Origin: an uncultured Acidobacteriota bacterium
Lineage (GTDB): Bacteria > Acidobacteriota > Thermoanaerobaculia > Multivoradales > UBA5704
Reading direction: 5' to 3'
Assembly: GCA_963700145.1 (NCBI GenBank)
Contig: OY969474.1
Span: 4,000,001 to 4,064,000 of the forward strand
Length of the DNA stretch: 64,000 bases
The notes beneath the pieces are model-generated. The model did no database searches. It was not told the origin of the DNA and saw nothing but the letters and a program-made list of their open reading frames with translations. Each line of letters starts with the position of its first letter. Within the stretch, counting starts at the first letter, position 1. Made by a program: the position numbers and the translations under genes. Of the stretch, positions 39,568 to 50,678 are shown piece by piece.

Positions 39568-40344
39568 GTGATCCTGGCGGGCCGCAAGGCGGTGGTGACG
39601 GGGGGCGGGCGCGGCATCGGCGCCGCGATCGGGCGGGCGCTGGCGGCCGAGGGGGCGGCGGTGCTCCTCGCCGCGCGCACCGCGGCGGACGTCGAAGGCT
39701 TGGCGGCGGAGCTGCGCGGCGGCGGCGCCGAGGCCTGGGGGATCGCCTGCGACGTCGCCGACCCCGAGCAGGTGCGCGCCCTCGCCGCGGCGGCGCGCGA
39801 GCGCTTCGGCCACGCCGACGTCCTGGTCAACAACGCCGGCATCGCCACCTCGGCGCCGCTGCGCTCGATCACCCTCGAGACCTGGAACCGCGTCTTCGCG
39901 GTCAACTCGACCGGCACCTTCCTCTGCACCCAGGCGCTGCTCCCCGGCATGCTGGAGCGCGGCTGGGGGCGCGTCGTCAACGTCGCCTCCGTCGCCGGCC
40001 GCACCGCGGCGGCCTACATCGCCGCCTACGCCGCCTCGAAGCACGCGGTCGTCGGCTTCACCCGCGCGGTGGCCGCCGAGGTGGCGGCCTCCGGCGTCAC
40101 CGTCAACGCCGTCTGCCCCGGCTACGTCGACACCGGCATGACCGAGGAGTCGGTCGAGCGGATCGCTCAAAAGACCGGGCGCTCGCGCGAGGAGGCGCTG
40201 GAGGGGCTGCGCCGCCAGTCGCCGCAGCGCCGCCTGATGCAGCCGGAGGAGGTGGCCTACCTGGTCGTCGCCCTCTGCGACGAGCGGGCCCGCGGCGTCA
40301 ACGGCCAGGCCATCGTGCTCGACGGCGGAGCGCTGCTGGCGTGA
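39568..40344 (+). CDS. Short-chain dehydrogenase/reductase
   Basis: TGGGRGIG, NNAG, YAASK. Confidence 0.93.
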   Translation: MILAGRKAVVTGGGRGIGAAIGRALAAEGAAVLLAARTAADVEGLAAELRGGGAEAWGIACDVADPEQVRALAAAARERFGHADVLVNNAGIATSAPLRSITLETWNRVFAVNSTGTFLCTQALLPGMLERGWGRVVNVASVAGRTAAAYIAAYAASKHAVVGFTRAVAAEVAASGVTVNAVCPGYVDTGMTEESVERIAQKTGRSREEALEGLRRQSPQRRLMQPEEVAYLVVALCDERARGVNGQAIVLDGGALLA

Positions 40345-40754
40345 GCGACGGCTTCCTGCGCGCCGTCGAGCCCGACGGCTTCCCGCCGCCGCGCGGCTAC
40401 TCGCACGGCATCCTCGCCCCGGCCGGCGGCCGGCTCCTCTTCGTCGCCGGGCAGATCGGCTGGGACGCGGAGGGCAGGCTCGTGGGCGATGCCTTCGCCG
40501 CCCAGTTCGGCCGCGCGCTTGCCAACGTCGCCGCCGTGGTGCGCGCCGCCGGCGGCGCCCCCGAGCATCTGGCGCGCCTCACCGTCTACGTCACCGACCG
40601 CCGCGAGTACCTGGCCGACCTCGCCGCCGTCGGCGAGGCCTATCGCGCGGTCATGGGCCGGCACTACCCGGCGATGGCGCTCGTCGAGGTGAGCGGCCTC
40701 CTCGAGCCGGGGGCGAAAGTGGAGATCGAGGGGACGGCGGTGCTCCCCGCCTGA
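40341..40754 (+). CDS. RidA/YjgF family protein
   Basis: GYSHG, FVAGQIG, YPAM, VEIEGTA. Confidence 0.9.
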   Translation: MSDGFLRAVEPDGFPPPRGYSHGILAPAGGRLLFVAGQIGWDAEGRLVGDAFAAQFGRALANVAAVVRAAGGAPEHLARLTVYVTDRREYLADLAAVGEAYRAVMGRHYPAMALVEVSGLLEPGAKVEIEGTAVLPA

Positions 40755-40757
40755 GCC

Positions 40758-41564
40758 ATGGCGATCGCGCCCGAGAGCTTCCGCTACGCGCTCGACGAGG
40801 CGACCGGCGTCGCCACGGTCACGCTCGACCGCCCGGAGCGCCTCAACGCGCTGACGTTCGAGGTGTACGATGAGCTCACCGCCGTCTTCCAGGCGCTCGA
40901 CGTCGAGCCCGGCGTGCGCGCCGTCGTCCTGACCGGCAGCGGCCGCGCTTTCTGCTCGGGCGGCGACGTCGAGGCGATCATCGGCGCCCTCTTCGAGCGC
41001 GACTACCAGGGCCTCCTCGACTTCACCCGCACGACCGGCGCGCTGGTGCTCGCCATCCTGCGCTGCCGGCGACCGGTGGTGGCGGCGCTCAACGGCCTGG
41101 TGGCCGGCGCCGGCGCGGTCATCGCCTCCGCCTGCGACCTGCGGGTGGCGGGGGAGAGCGCCAAGATCGCCTTCCTCTTCACCAAGGTCGGGCTCTCGGG
41201 GGCCGACATGGGGGCCTCGTGGCTCTTGCCGCGCCTCGTCGGCCGCGGGCGGGCGGCGGAGATCCTCATGCTCGGCGACTTCGTGCCGGCCCGCGAGGCG
41301 GAGCGGATCGGCCTCTACAACCGGGTGGTGGCCGACGACCGCGTGCTCGCCGAGGCCACGGCGCTCGCCGAGCGCCTCGCCCGCGGCCCCGCCTTCGGCC
41401 TCGAGGTGACGAAGAACCTCCTGCTGCGCGAGGCGGCGATGGACGTCGAGTCGGCGCTCGCCGCCGAAGTCGAGATCCAGGCCGCCTGCATGCTCCACCC
41501 CGACTTCCGCGAGGCCTACGAAGCGTTCCAGGCGAAGCGCGAGCCCAAGTTTCGGAGCCCGTGA
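40758..41564 (+). CDS. Enoyl-CoA hydratase/isomerase family
   Basis: RPERLNAL, AFCSGGD, DFREA...KREPKF. Confidence 0.92.
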   Translation: MAIAPESFRYALDEATGVATVTLDRPERLNALTFEVYDELTAVFQALDVEPGVRAVVLTGSGRAFCSGGDVEAIIGALFERDYQGLLDFTRTTGALVLAILRCRRPVVAALNGLVAGAGAVIASACDLRVAGESAKIAFLFTKVGLSGADMGASWLLPRLVGRGRAAEILMLGDFVPAREAERIGLYNRVVADDRVLAEATALAERLARGPAFGLEVTKNLLLREAAMDVESALAAEVEIQAACMLHPDFREAYEAFQAKREPKFRSP

Positions 41565-41635
41565 TGGGCTCCGAGACTCGCAGGGACGCCCGCCGGAGCG
41601 GGCGCTGATCGGAGCGCGAGTTCAAATGACGCGTT

Positions 41636-41672
41636 TGTCATCCCGAGCGAGAGCGAGGGATCTGGGCGGGGG
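41636..41672 (+). repeat. REP-like half element
   Basis: TGTCATCCCGAGCGAGAGCGAGGGATCTGGGCGGGGG. Confidence 0.85.
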
Positions 41673-41698
41673 GCGGCGCGAAGACCGCTCGGAACGCC

Positions 41699-42865
41699 GT
41701 GCCTGATCTAGCTCTCCTGCAGCCCTTCCTCGACGACCGCCACCGCGCGCTCGCCAGGAGTCTTGCCGTCTTCGCCGCTCGCGCCGTTGCCCCTTTGCCG
41801 GCTCCGGCCGACGACGCTGCCGGCCGCACACAGGCCCGCGAGCTGCTCGCGCTGCTTGGCGAGAACGGCTGGTTGCAGCACGCCGTCCCCGCCGCGGACG
41901 GCGGCTCCCCCTACCCCGACCTCCGCGCCTGCTGCCTCATCCGCGAGACCCTCGCCGCCGCCTCGCCGCTCGCCGACGCCGTCTTCGCGCTCCAGTGCCT
42001 GGGGTCGCTCCCGATCGCCCTCGCCGGCCGCGAAGCGCTCCGCCGCCGCTGGCTCCCCGAGGTCGCCGCCGGCCGCGCCATGGCCGCCTTCGCCATGACC
42101 GAGCCGGAGGCCGGCTCCGACGTCGCCGCCCTCGCCACGACCGCGCGGTGGGACGGCGACGCCTACGTCCTCGACGGTCGCAAGGTCCTGATCTCGAACG
42201 CCGGCATCGCCGACTTCTACTGCGTCTTCGCCGCCACCGACCGCGCGGCCGGCGCGCGCGGGCTCTCCTGCTTCCTGATCGAGGCCGGCGCCCCCGGGCT
42301 CCGCTTCGCCGGCGCGCAGGTGCTTTCGGCGCCGCACCCTCTGGGCGAGCTCGTCTTCGAGGGCTGCCGCGTGCCGGCCGAGCAGCGGCTCGGCGAGGAG
42401 GGGGAGGGGTTCAAGCTCGGCATGCGCACCCTCGACCGCCTCCGCCCGACGGTGGCGGCGGCGGCCTGCGGCATGGCCGAGCGCGCCCTCGCCGAGGCGA
42501 TCGCGCACGCCCGCCGGCGGCGGCAGTTCGGCCGGCCGCTCGCCGAGTTCCAGCTCGTGCAGGAGAAGCTGGCGCGCTCGGCCGTGGACCTGGCGGCGGC
42601 GCGCCTCCTCGTCTACCGCGCCGCGGCCGAAGGCGACGCCGGCGCCGAGCGCCTCACCCTGCCGGCGGCGATGGCCAAAGCCTTCGCCACCGAGGCGGCG
42701 CAGCGCATCGTCGACGACGCCCTCCAAGTCCTCGGCGGCCAGGGCGCCCTCGCCGACCACCCCGTCGAGCGCCTCTACCGCGCCGTCCGCGCCCTCCGCA
42801 TCTACGAGGGCACGACCGAGATCCAGCACCTCGTCATCGCCCGGGAGCTGCTGAGAACCGACTAG
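41699..42865 (+). CDS. Acyl-CoA dehydrogenase
   Basis: FAMTEPEAGSD, RRQFG, RIYEGTTEIQ. Confidence 0.93.
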   Translation: MPDLALLQPFLDDRHRALARSLAVFAARAVAPLPAPADDAAGRTQARELLALLGENGWLQHAVPAADGGSPYPDLRACCLIRETLAAASPLADAVFALQCLGSLPIALAGREALRRRWLPEVAAGRAMAAFAMTEPEAGSDVAALATTARWDGDAYVLDGRKVLISNAGIADFYCVFAATDRAAGARGLSCFLIEAGAPGLRFAGAQVLSAPHPLGELVFEGCRVPAEQRLGEEGEGFKLGMRTLDRLRPTVAAAACGMAERALAEAIAHARRRRQFGRPLAEFQLVQEKLARSAVDLAAARLLVYRAAAEGDAGAERLTLPAAMAKAFATEAAQRIVDDALQVLGGQGALADHPVERLYRAVRALRIYEGTTEIQHLVIARELLRTD

Positions 42866-42910
42866 CTACTTGGTTGACGCGGTTGCGGCCCTGACACGCT
42901 TCTCTGTCTC

Positions 42911-43126
42911 CCTGCCGCATAACCCTTAGGTGTTGACTTCGACGATTCCGCAGACCGGCCCTCCCACCGCATTTTGCGCTCCGGCGCCTCTTTCCTGCTA
43001 TAGTGACATAACTTATAGAGGCAGAAGCATCTGACGGCTATGGCCCGCTCTCGGAGCAGGGGCCTCCACACGAACGGCTGCCCCCCCGTTCAAGAAGCGG
43101 CCAGGGCCTGGTTGCAAAGGTTAGAT
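42911..43126 (+). mobile_element. Integrase-less attI/Pc-like region (copy B)
   Basis: Collinear blocks shared with the reverse complement of 31452-31677. Extended -10 TGCTATAGT at 42996-43004. Ends GCAAAG GTTAGAT, 23 nt before a low-GC ORF. Confidence 0.7.
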
Positions 43127-43149
43127 CTGACACGCAAGAGCCCGCGTAT

Positions 43150-44454
43150 ATGGCAGACTCTTCAACGCTCTACGACCTCAAACGAATCCTCACATCGAGG
43201 GGAGCTCTCCTGTATCTTCTGGGTGTAGCCATAACTGCGGCTGTGGGGATTCAACTCTGCTCGCGGAATGTAGGTCTCTCGATTCACCACGCGCTCATCA
43301 CTCTTGAGATATTTGCCTATAGCTTGTTCATCGCTTGGTTACTGCTCACGCTGATTGAGTTGATTGAATCAAGAGACAGGGTTTTTGACATACTCTTTTT
43401 GACTATTCCTATTCTGTCAATCGGTGGCATGTTCCTTCAGATCCTAGCCAAATATCACAACGCTGCATTTTGGCTGACTCTCGTAATCTGGACGCTTCTT
43501 GGAACATTCGTGGCTGTCGAAGAGGTGCAAATGGTGGGTAAGTCAGATATTTTCCTCGTTGCCATAGGGGCAACGTGGTCTATTTCTGGGGCCATCATTT
43601 CAGCGGGAACAACTTCTCTTCTGCCTTACTCTCGTTCCGCAATAGGCGGGCTGCGGTCTGTCCACTTATTCCTCGACCTCCGGTATCTGCTCGGGTCAAT
43701 TTTTTTGGTTGCGCTTATCGCCATTGCCGGCGCAAGGGCCTTAAGGGAACGTCCTCCCGCAATTAATGATATCGAAGCATTGCAGGTCGGCGAGTTGGCC
43801 GAGGACAATGTCCTTGCATGGCTCGTTCGACCATTCACGACGTTGATCAATGTGCTACTCCTCTTGGTGTCAGTGGCTCTGGATTATCTTCTGAAGGCTG
43901 CTCGGATAACCGTATTCTATTTCGCGGCTATAGGTCGCCACATAGCCGAGATTGTGGTTTCTCTTGTAAAATCACGAGAAGCTTGGATCAAGATTGGAGA
44001 GTGCGTTGTTATCTTTTTATCAATTGTGCTCGCCACTGTCTTCCTTAGAAACTTCTGTCCCTTCCTCCTCGCGTATCTCCGCTCAAGCGCCTGGGGCGCT
44101 CAGACATTAAACCTGGCACTCATTGCTGGATTTGTAGCCCTGATTCTTCTCTGTGTGGGTCTTGCGCTGTTGATCTTTTCTGAATACGACGATGTTTTCA
44201 TTGAGCCTTTGGTGGCCTCTTTCGCTACGGTCGTATCCATCGTGTTTGCGGCAGGTCTACTTATCTACGCGCTCGCCTGGCTAGATGTTCTTGTCATCCA
44301 CGGGTTTCGTGTGCCGGGACCGTTTTCTATTCTAGTGATCGTTTTAATTTTGAGTGGCATCGCGAAAGTGATAGCTCAGTCCACCGGCGGGGTAACATCC
44401 AACACGGACGCTGGTCCGAATGCCAAGCGCGCCTTACGCGGCCGCCGCCAGTGA
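43150..44454 (+). CDS. Low-GC multi-pass membrane protein, probable cassette cargo
   Basis: About ten hydrophobic segments; much more AT-rich than its flanks; starts just after a GTTAGAT core. Confidence 0.75.
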   Translation: MADSSTLYDLKRILTSRGALLYLLGVAITAAVGIQLCSRNVGLSIHHALITLEIFAYSLFIAWLLLTLIELIESRDRVFDILFLTIPILSIGGMFLQILAKYHNAAFWLTLVIWTLLGTFVAVEEVQMVGKSDIFLVAIGATWSISGAIISAGTTSLLPYSRSAIGGLRSVHLFLDLRYLLGSIFLVALIAIAGARALRERPPAINDIEALQVGELAEDNVLAWLVRPFTTLINVLLLLVSVALDYLLKAARITVFYFAAIGRHIAEIVVSLVKSREAWIKIGECVVIFLSIVLATVFLRNFCPFLLAYLRSSAWGAQTLNLALIAGFVALILLCVGLALLIFSEYDDVFIEPLVASFATVVSIVFAAGLLIYALAWLDVLVIHGFRVPGPFSILVIVLILSGIAKVIAQSTGGVTSNTDAGPNAKRALRGRRQ

Positions 44455-44457
44455 GGT

Positions 44458-44607
44458 TCAAACCGCTGGCTGCTGTTCCCCGCTCGGTCGCGCAACGAGA
44501 GGCAGGAAGCGAGCTGGATGGCGTCGCCGGAGCCGGCGCACGGCGTCTCTTCCGCGCTCGGCGACGTAGTTCTTGGCCAGCGCGCTGGCGTCGAGAAAGC
44601 CGATCAG
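44458..44607 (-). pseudogene. Truncated VapC PIN toxin
   Basis: (L)IGFLDASALAKNYVAERGRDAVRRL is a PIN N-terminus overlapping the antitoxin stop; the resemblance ends after ~26 aa. Confidence 0.7.
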
Positions 44608-44903
44608 AAGCGGTCCTCCCGGTCCTCGATGATCGTCTCTGCGATCGATGGGCCGCTCTTCAGCTTGATGCGCTTGAACGGCCGCAGCGGCTTGCCGGTG
44701 CCACGGGTGATCAGCCCCTCCGCCGCGAGCTGGTCCAGCTTCTCGTCGAGGGTCTTCGGCGGCGGCGCCACGACGAGCCCCCGCAGCTCCGCCACCGGCC
44801 GGCCGCGCTCGGTGACCTCGATCGTGGCCCCTCGCTGCACCAGCCGCAGGTAGGTCCCCAGCCGCTTCCTCAGCTCCTTCGCTCCCACCCGCTTCGTCTT
44901 CAT
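44604..44903 (-). CDS. Phd/YefM-family antitoxin
   Basis: VGAKELRKRLGTYLRLVQRGATIEVTERGRPVAEL...IIEDREDRF. Confidence 0.88.
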   Translation of the reverse strand: MKTKRVGAKELRKRLGTYLRLVQRGATIEVTERGRPVAELRGLVVAPPPKTLDEKLDQLAAEGLITRGTGKPLRPFKRIKLKSGPSIAETIIEDREDRF

Positions 44904-45014
44904 GCCGGCCAGTGTCGCCACCCGTCGTTCTCCTGTCAACCTGCGCGCTTCGCGCCCCACAGATGAATAGACGGAATTCGTCCGCCCAGCTTTGCACCGG
45001 CTAGACTGGCGCTC

Positions 45015-46477
<1,463 letters not shown>

Positions 46478-46481
<4 letters not shown>

Positions 46482-47620
46482 GGATCGTCGTCGCCGGCGG
46501 CGGCCCGGCCGGGCTCTACTTCGCCCTCCTGATGAAGCGGCGCGACCCGCGCCACGAAGTCACGGTCCTCGAGCGCAACGCGCGCGACACGACGTTCGGC
46601 TGGGGGGTCGTCTTCTCCGAGCAGACGCTCTCCTACTTGGCCGAGCCCGACCCGCAGACCTTCCGCGAGCTGGACGGCCGGCTCGCCCGCTGGGAGAACG
46701 TCGACATCGTCCACCGCGGCGAGAAGGTGACGATCCGCGGCAACCGCTTCTCGGGGATCGCGCGGCTGGAGCTCCTCGGCGTCCTCCAGCGCCGCTGCGA
46801 AGAGCTGGGCGTGGACCTCCGCTTCGAGCGGCCGCTCGCCCCCGGCGAGGAGCCGCCGCCCGCCGACCTCCTGGTTGGCGCCGACGGCGTGCGCAGCGTC
46901 GTCCGCGAGCGCGCCGGCGACGCCTTCGGCCCGCGCTTCGACGAGCGCCGCAACCGCTACATCTGGCTCGGCACGCCGCGCCTCTTCCACGGCCTCACCC
47001 TGACCTTCCGCGCCAACGACGACGGCCTCTTCATCGCCCACTCCTACAAGTACGGCCCCGACCGCAGCACCTTCATCGTCGAGTGCGACCCCGAGAGCTT
47101 CGCGCGATCGGAGCTCGGCGAGCGCAGCGAGGAGGAGGGCCTGCGCTACCTCGAGCGGGTCTTCGCCGACGACCTCGCCGGCGCGCCGCTCCTCTCGAAC
47201 GCCTCGCGCTGGCTCCAGTTCGCCACCCTGCGCTGCCGGCGCTGGAGCCACGGCAACACCGTGCTCCTGGGCGACGCGCTCCACACCGCGCACTTCTCGA
47301 TCGGCTCGGGGACGAAGCTCGCCCTGGAGGACGCGATCGCCCTGGCGCGGGCGCTCGACGAGCACGCCGACCTGCCCGACGCCCTCGCCGCCTTCGAGGC
47401 CGCCCGCCGGCCCATCGTCGAGCGCTACCAGGAGGCCGCCGAAGCCAGCGCCGCCTGGTTCGAAGCCGCGGCGGCCGACCTCCACCTCGCCCCCCTCCCC
47501 TTCGCCTACCGCGCCATGGTGCGCAGCGAGCGGGTAGGGCACGAGAACCTGCGCCGGCGCGACCCGGAGTTCGTGGCGGCCTACGAGGCGACGGCGGCGG
47601 CCGGTAAGGCCGCCTCCTGA
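46478..47620 (+). CDS. FAD-dependent monooxygenase resembling the anthraniloyl-CoA monooxygenase N-domain
   Basis: TTGA-coupled start; GGGPAGLYF, TFGWGVVFS, GDALHTAHFSIGSGTKLALED, ENLRRRD. Confidence 0.88.
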
Positions 47621-47667
47621 TCCGCCGGCAAGGCCGGTTCCTGATCGGCCGCCGCCGCCACGCGGCG

Positions 47668-48117
47668 CTAGTCGTGGTCCCGCCCGTGGCGCTTGCCGCG
47701 GAACGACTCCCGCTTCTCCTTGAGCGCCTCGTACTTGGCGAGCTGCTCGGGGGTCAGCAGGGCCGCGAAGTCCTTCTCGAGCTCCTCGCGGGCGGCGCGC
47801 ATGGCTTGCCGCTTCTGGTGGGCGGTGATGACCAGGTTGCCGACCGTGGCGGCGTCGGCGCCCTGCTCGAGGGCGGTCTCGACCTGCTCGTGCAGCGCGC
47901 GCTGCTCCTCGTGGAGCGGCTTCATGGTCGCGCGGAGCTGCTCGTGGAGCTGCTTCGCCGCGGCTTGCTGGGACTCGCTCAGCCCGAGCTCCTGGGTCAG
48001 GCGCTCGGCGCGGTGCCCGCGGCGCTCGTCGCGGTCGTGTCGGAAGGGACCCGGCTGCGCCCCGGCTGCGGCGGCCAGCAGCAGGGCGGCGGCGATCAAG
48101 GGGAAGGTGCGCTTCAT
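47668..48117 (-). CDS. Spy/CpxP-family periplasmic protein
   Basis: Signal peptide; LGLSESQ and LLTPEQ motifs. Confidence 0.85.
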   Translation of the reverse strand: MKRTFPLIAAALLLAAAAGAQPGPFRHDRDERRGHRAERLTQELGLSESQQAAAKQLHEQLRATMKPLHEEQRALHEQVETALEQGADAATVGNLVITAHQKRQAMRAAREELEKDFAALLTPEQLAKYEALKEKRESFRGKRHGRDHD

Positions 48118-48188
48118 GGTGGTGTCTCCTTTGGCCGCCCAATCTAGCCGCGGCTCAGGCGGCGGTCTTCAAGCCGGGGCAAGGCCTC

Positions 48189-48203
48189 TGTAAAGGATGT
48201 AAA
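48189..48203. promoter_or_regulatory. CpxR-like direct repeat
   Basis: TGTAAA-GGA-TGTAAA upstream of the spy/cpxP-like gene. Confidence 0.55.
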
Positions 48204-48216
48204 CCCCGACCCGCGC

Positions 48217-48927
48217 TCAACCTGCGAACTTGTAGCCGAGGCGGTGGACCGTGACGATGTGCTGCGGCCGCGAGGGGTTGGGCTCGACTTTCTGCCGCAG
48301 CGAGGCGACGTGGACGTCCACGGTGCGGGTCTGCGCCGCGGCGTCGTAGCCCCAGACGCGGTCGAGCAGCTCCTCGCGCGAGAGCACCTCGCCGCGGTTC
48401 TCGACGAAGTAGCGCAGCAGCTTGTACTCGAGCGCCGAGAGCGCGAGGGCCTGGCCGCCGCGACTCACCTCGGCGCGGCGGAAGTCCACCTGCACGTCGC
48501 CGAAGGCGTAGGCGCCCACCGAGGGGGCGATCGGCGTGCGCGCCCGGCGCAGCAGCGCCTCGACGCGGGCCAGCAGCTCCAGCATCTCGAACGGCTTCGT
48601 CAGGTAGTCGTCGGCGCCGAGCTTGAGGCCCACGACCCGATCGACGACCTGCGCCCGCGCCGTGAGCATGAGGACCGGCACCTGCAGGCCGCGCTGCCGC
48701 AGGTCGCGGCAGACGTCGAAGCCGTTGCGGCCGGGGAGCATGACGTCGAGGATGACGAGGTCGAAGGCGCCGGCGGCGGCGCGCGCCAGCGCCTCCTCGC
48801 CGTCGCCGGAGGTCTCCACCCGGTAGCCCTCGGCCTCCAGCCGGTCGGTCAGGGTGACGACCAGGCTCGGCTCGTCCTCGACCAGGAGGATGCGCGGCGC
48901 CGGCGCGCCGTTCGGCGCCTCGCTCAT
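48217..48927 (-). CDS. OmpR-family response regulator
   Basis: ILLVEDE, LDVMLPG, GADDYLTKPF, TRTVDVH. Confidence 0.95.
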   Translation of the reverse strand: MSEAPNGAPAPRILLVEDEPSLVVTLTDRLEAEGYRVETSGDGEEALARAAAGAFDLVILDVMLPGRNGFDVCRDLRQRGLQVPVLMLTARAQVVDRVVGLKLGADDYLTKPFEMLELLARVEALLRRARTPIAPSVGAYAFGDVQVDFRRAEVSRGGQALALSALEYKLLRYFVENRGEVLSREELLDRVWGYDAAAQTRTVDVHVASLRQKVEPNPSRPQHIVTVHRLGYKFAG

Positions 48928-50612
48928 GCGTGGACCGGTAGGCGGAGGGCGAAGGCGCTCCCCCGTCCCGCCGCCCCCGGCGCGACGCTCACCCGCCCGC
49001 CCTGCGCCTCGACGACCTGGCGGACGAGGCTCAGCCCGAGCCCGCTGCCGGGCACCGGCCCGGCGGCGGCGGGGCCGCGGAAGAAGGGCTCGAAGAGGTG
49101 CGGCCGGTCCTCCGGCCGGATGCCGGGGCCGCGGTCCTCGACGGTCAGCGTCACCCAGGGGCCGGCGGCGCGCGCCCGCAGGCCGAGCCAGCGGCCGGCG
49201 GCGGCGTGCTTGACCGCGTTGTCCACCAGGTTCTGCACCGCCATCTGCAGGGCGCCGCGGTCGGCCCGCACCGGCGGCAGGTCGGCCGGCACGTCCTCCT
49301 CGACCGCAAAGCCCCCCTCCTGGAGCGCCCAGCGGCTGGCGTCGAGAGCCTCGCCGACCACCTCGGCGAGCGCCACCGGCTCGGGGCGGTAGACCCGGCT
49401 CCCCGACTGGATGCCGGCCAGCTCCAGCGCTTTGGCGACGAGCGCCGAGAGGCGGCTCCCCTCGCGCTCGATGAGCGTGCCGTAGCGCCGCACCTGCTCG
49501 GGGGCGGCGACGACGCCGTCGGCCAGGTTCTGCGCCGCCGAGCGGATGGCCGCGAGCGGCGTGTTGAGGTCGTGGGTGACGCCGGCCACCAGCTCCATCT
49601 GCTGCCGCGCCAGGCGCCGCGCCCGCTGCGCCGCGAAGGCCATCACCGCGAGGCTCCCGGCGAGGAGGAGGAGCACCGCCCCGCTCAGCGCCAGGTTGCG
49701 GCGCCGCGCGCGGGCGACCGCCGCCTCCAGCGACCCGGCGCGGTGGGTGACCACCACCCGCCAGGGGCTGTCGCCGCGGCCCTCGCCACGTACGGGCGGC
49801 GCGGCGAAGCGCCCCGGCGGCGGCCGGTGGTGCGGCCAGCGCGCGGCGAGCAGCGGCGCCGACACCTCGCCCGGCAGGTAGCGGGAGGCGGGGAGAGAGG
49901 GGTCGGAGAGGTAGAGCGGCCGGCCGCCCTCCGTCACCGCCACGAGGACGTCCTTGCCGGCCGGTCCGCCGAACCAGGCCGCGACCAGCTCGGGGAGGAG
50001 CGTGCGGGTCAAGTGCTCGCGGTCGAGGCGCACGATGACCACGCCGCGTTCGTCGTCGTCCCGCCGGCCGCGCTCCGGCCAGGCGAGGGGGAGGAGGACC
50101 GCCGGCGCCTCCGCCTCGATCCCCCAGGCGCGCGGCGAGCGTCGTCGCCGCGCCGCCGGGCGCTCTTCGAGCAACCGTTCGCGGACCCGCCGCAGCTCCG
50201 CCGGCCAGGGTGCCGACGCGAGCCGCCCTGCGGCCTCGTCGAGCCGTTCCAGCGCCGGGCCTCCGTCCTCCCGCGGCCGGACGACGAAGAGGTCGCGGAC
50301 CAGCTCGGGGTGCGGCGCTGTCGCCCGCCAGCTCCGGAGCTGGCGGAGGAGGCGCTCCCCGGGATCGCCCGCCGCCTCGCCGCTCCCGCGCGGCGCCGGC
50401 TCGAAGGTGTGGACGACGCGGCCGACCTCGCGGTCCACCTCGGCCGCCAGCCGCTCGGCCGCGGCCTGCAGGCCGGCGCGCATCCGTTGCCGCTCCGCCT
50501 GGCTGACCTCGGCGATCCAGCGGTACTGGAGGACGGCGAGGACGACGAGCAGGACGGCGAGGAGGACCGCCGCGGCCGGCGCCAGGCGTTGCGGATCGAG
50601 CCAGCGGCGCAT
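48924..50612 (-). CDS. Sensor histidine kinase
   Basis: Two TM helices; THDLNTPL H-box; NLVDNAVKH, DRGPGI, GSGLGL. Confidence 0.93.
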   Translation of the reverse strand: MRRWLDPQRLAPAAAVLLAVLLVVLAVLQYRWIAEVSQAERQRMRAGLQAAAERLAAEVDREVGRVVHTFEPAPRGSGEAAGDPGERLLRQLRSWRATAPHPELVRDLFVVRPREDGGPALERLDEAAGRLASAPWPAELRRVRERLLEERPAARRRRSPRAWGIEAEAPAVLLPLAWPERGRRDDDERGVVIVRLDREHLTRTLLPELVAAWFGGPAGKDVLVAVTEGGRPLYLSDPSLPASRYLPGEVSAPLLAARWPHHRPPPGRFAAPPVRGEGRGDSPWRVVVTHRAGSLEAAVARARRRNLALSGAVLLLLAGSLAVMAFAAQRARRLARQQMELVAGVTHDLNTPLAAIRSAAQNLADGVVAAPEQVRRYGTLIEREGSRLSALVAKALELAGIQSGSRVYRPEPVALAEVVGEALDASRWALQEGGFAVEEDVPADLPPVRADRGALQMAVQNLVDNAVKHAAAGRWLGLRARAAGPWVTLTVEDRGPGIRPEDRPHLFEPFFRGPAAAGPVPGSGLGLSLVRQVVEAQGGRVSVAPGAAGRGSAFALRLPVHA

Positions 50613-50664
50613 GCGCGGAGCATAGATGCTGCGCGCGGCGGTGCCGGGGCCGCGGGCTCAGTTC

Positions 50665-50678
50665 TTACATCCCTTACA
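50665..50678. promoter_or_regulatory. CpxR-like direct repeat
   Basis: TTACATCCCTTACA upstream of the kinase gene; near-identical to the site at 48189 but in the opposite orientation. Confidence 0.5.

Noticed and set aside
44397-44471. Intact attC after the low-GC membrane gene
   Set aside because: ATCCAAC fits R'', but arm pairing is weak and there is no correctly spaced GTTRRRY. It is a degenerate remnant at best.
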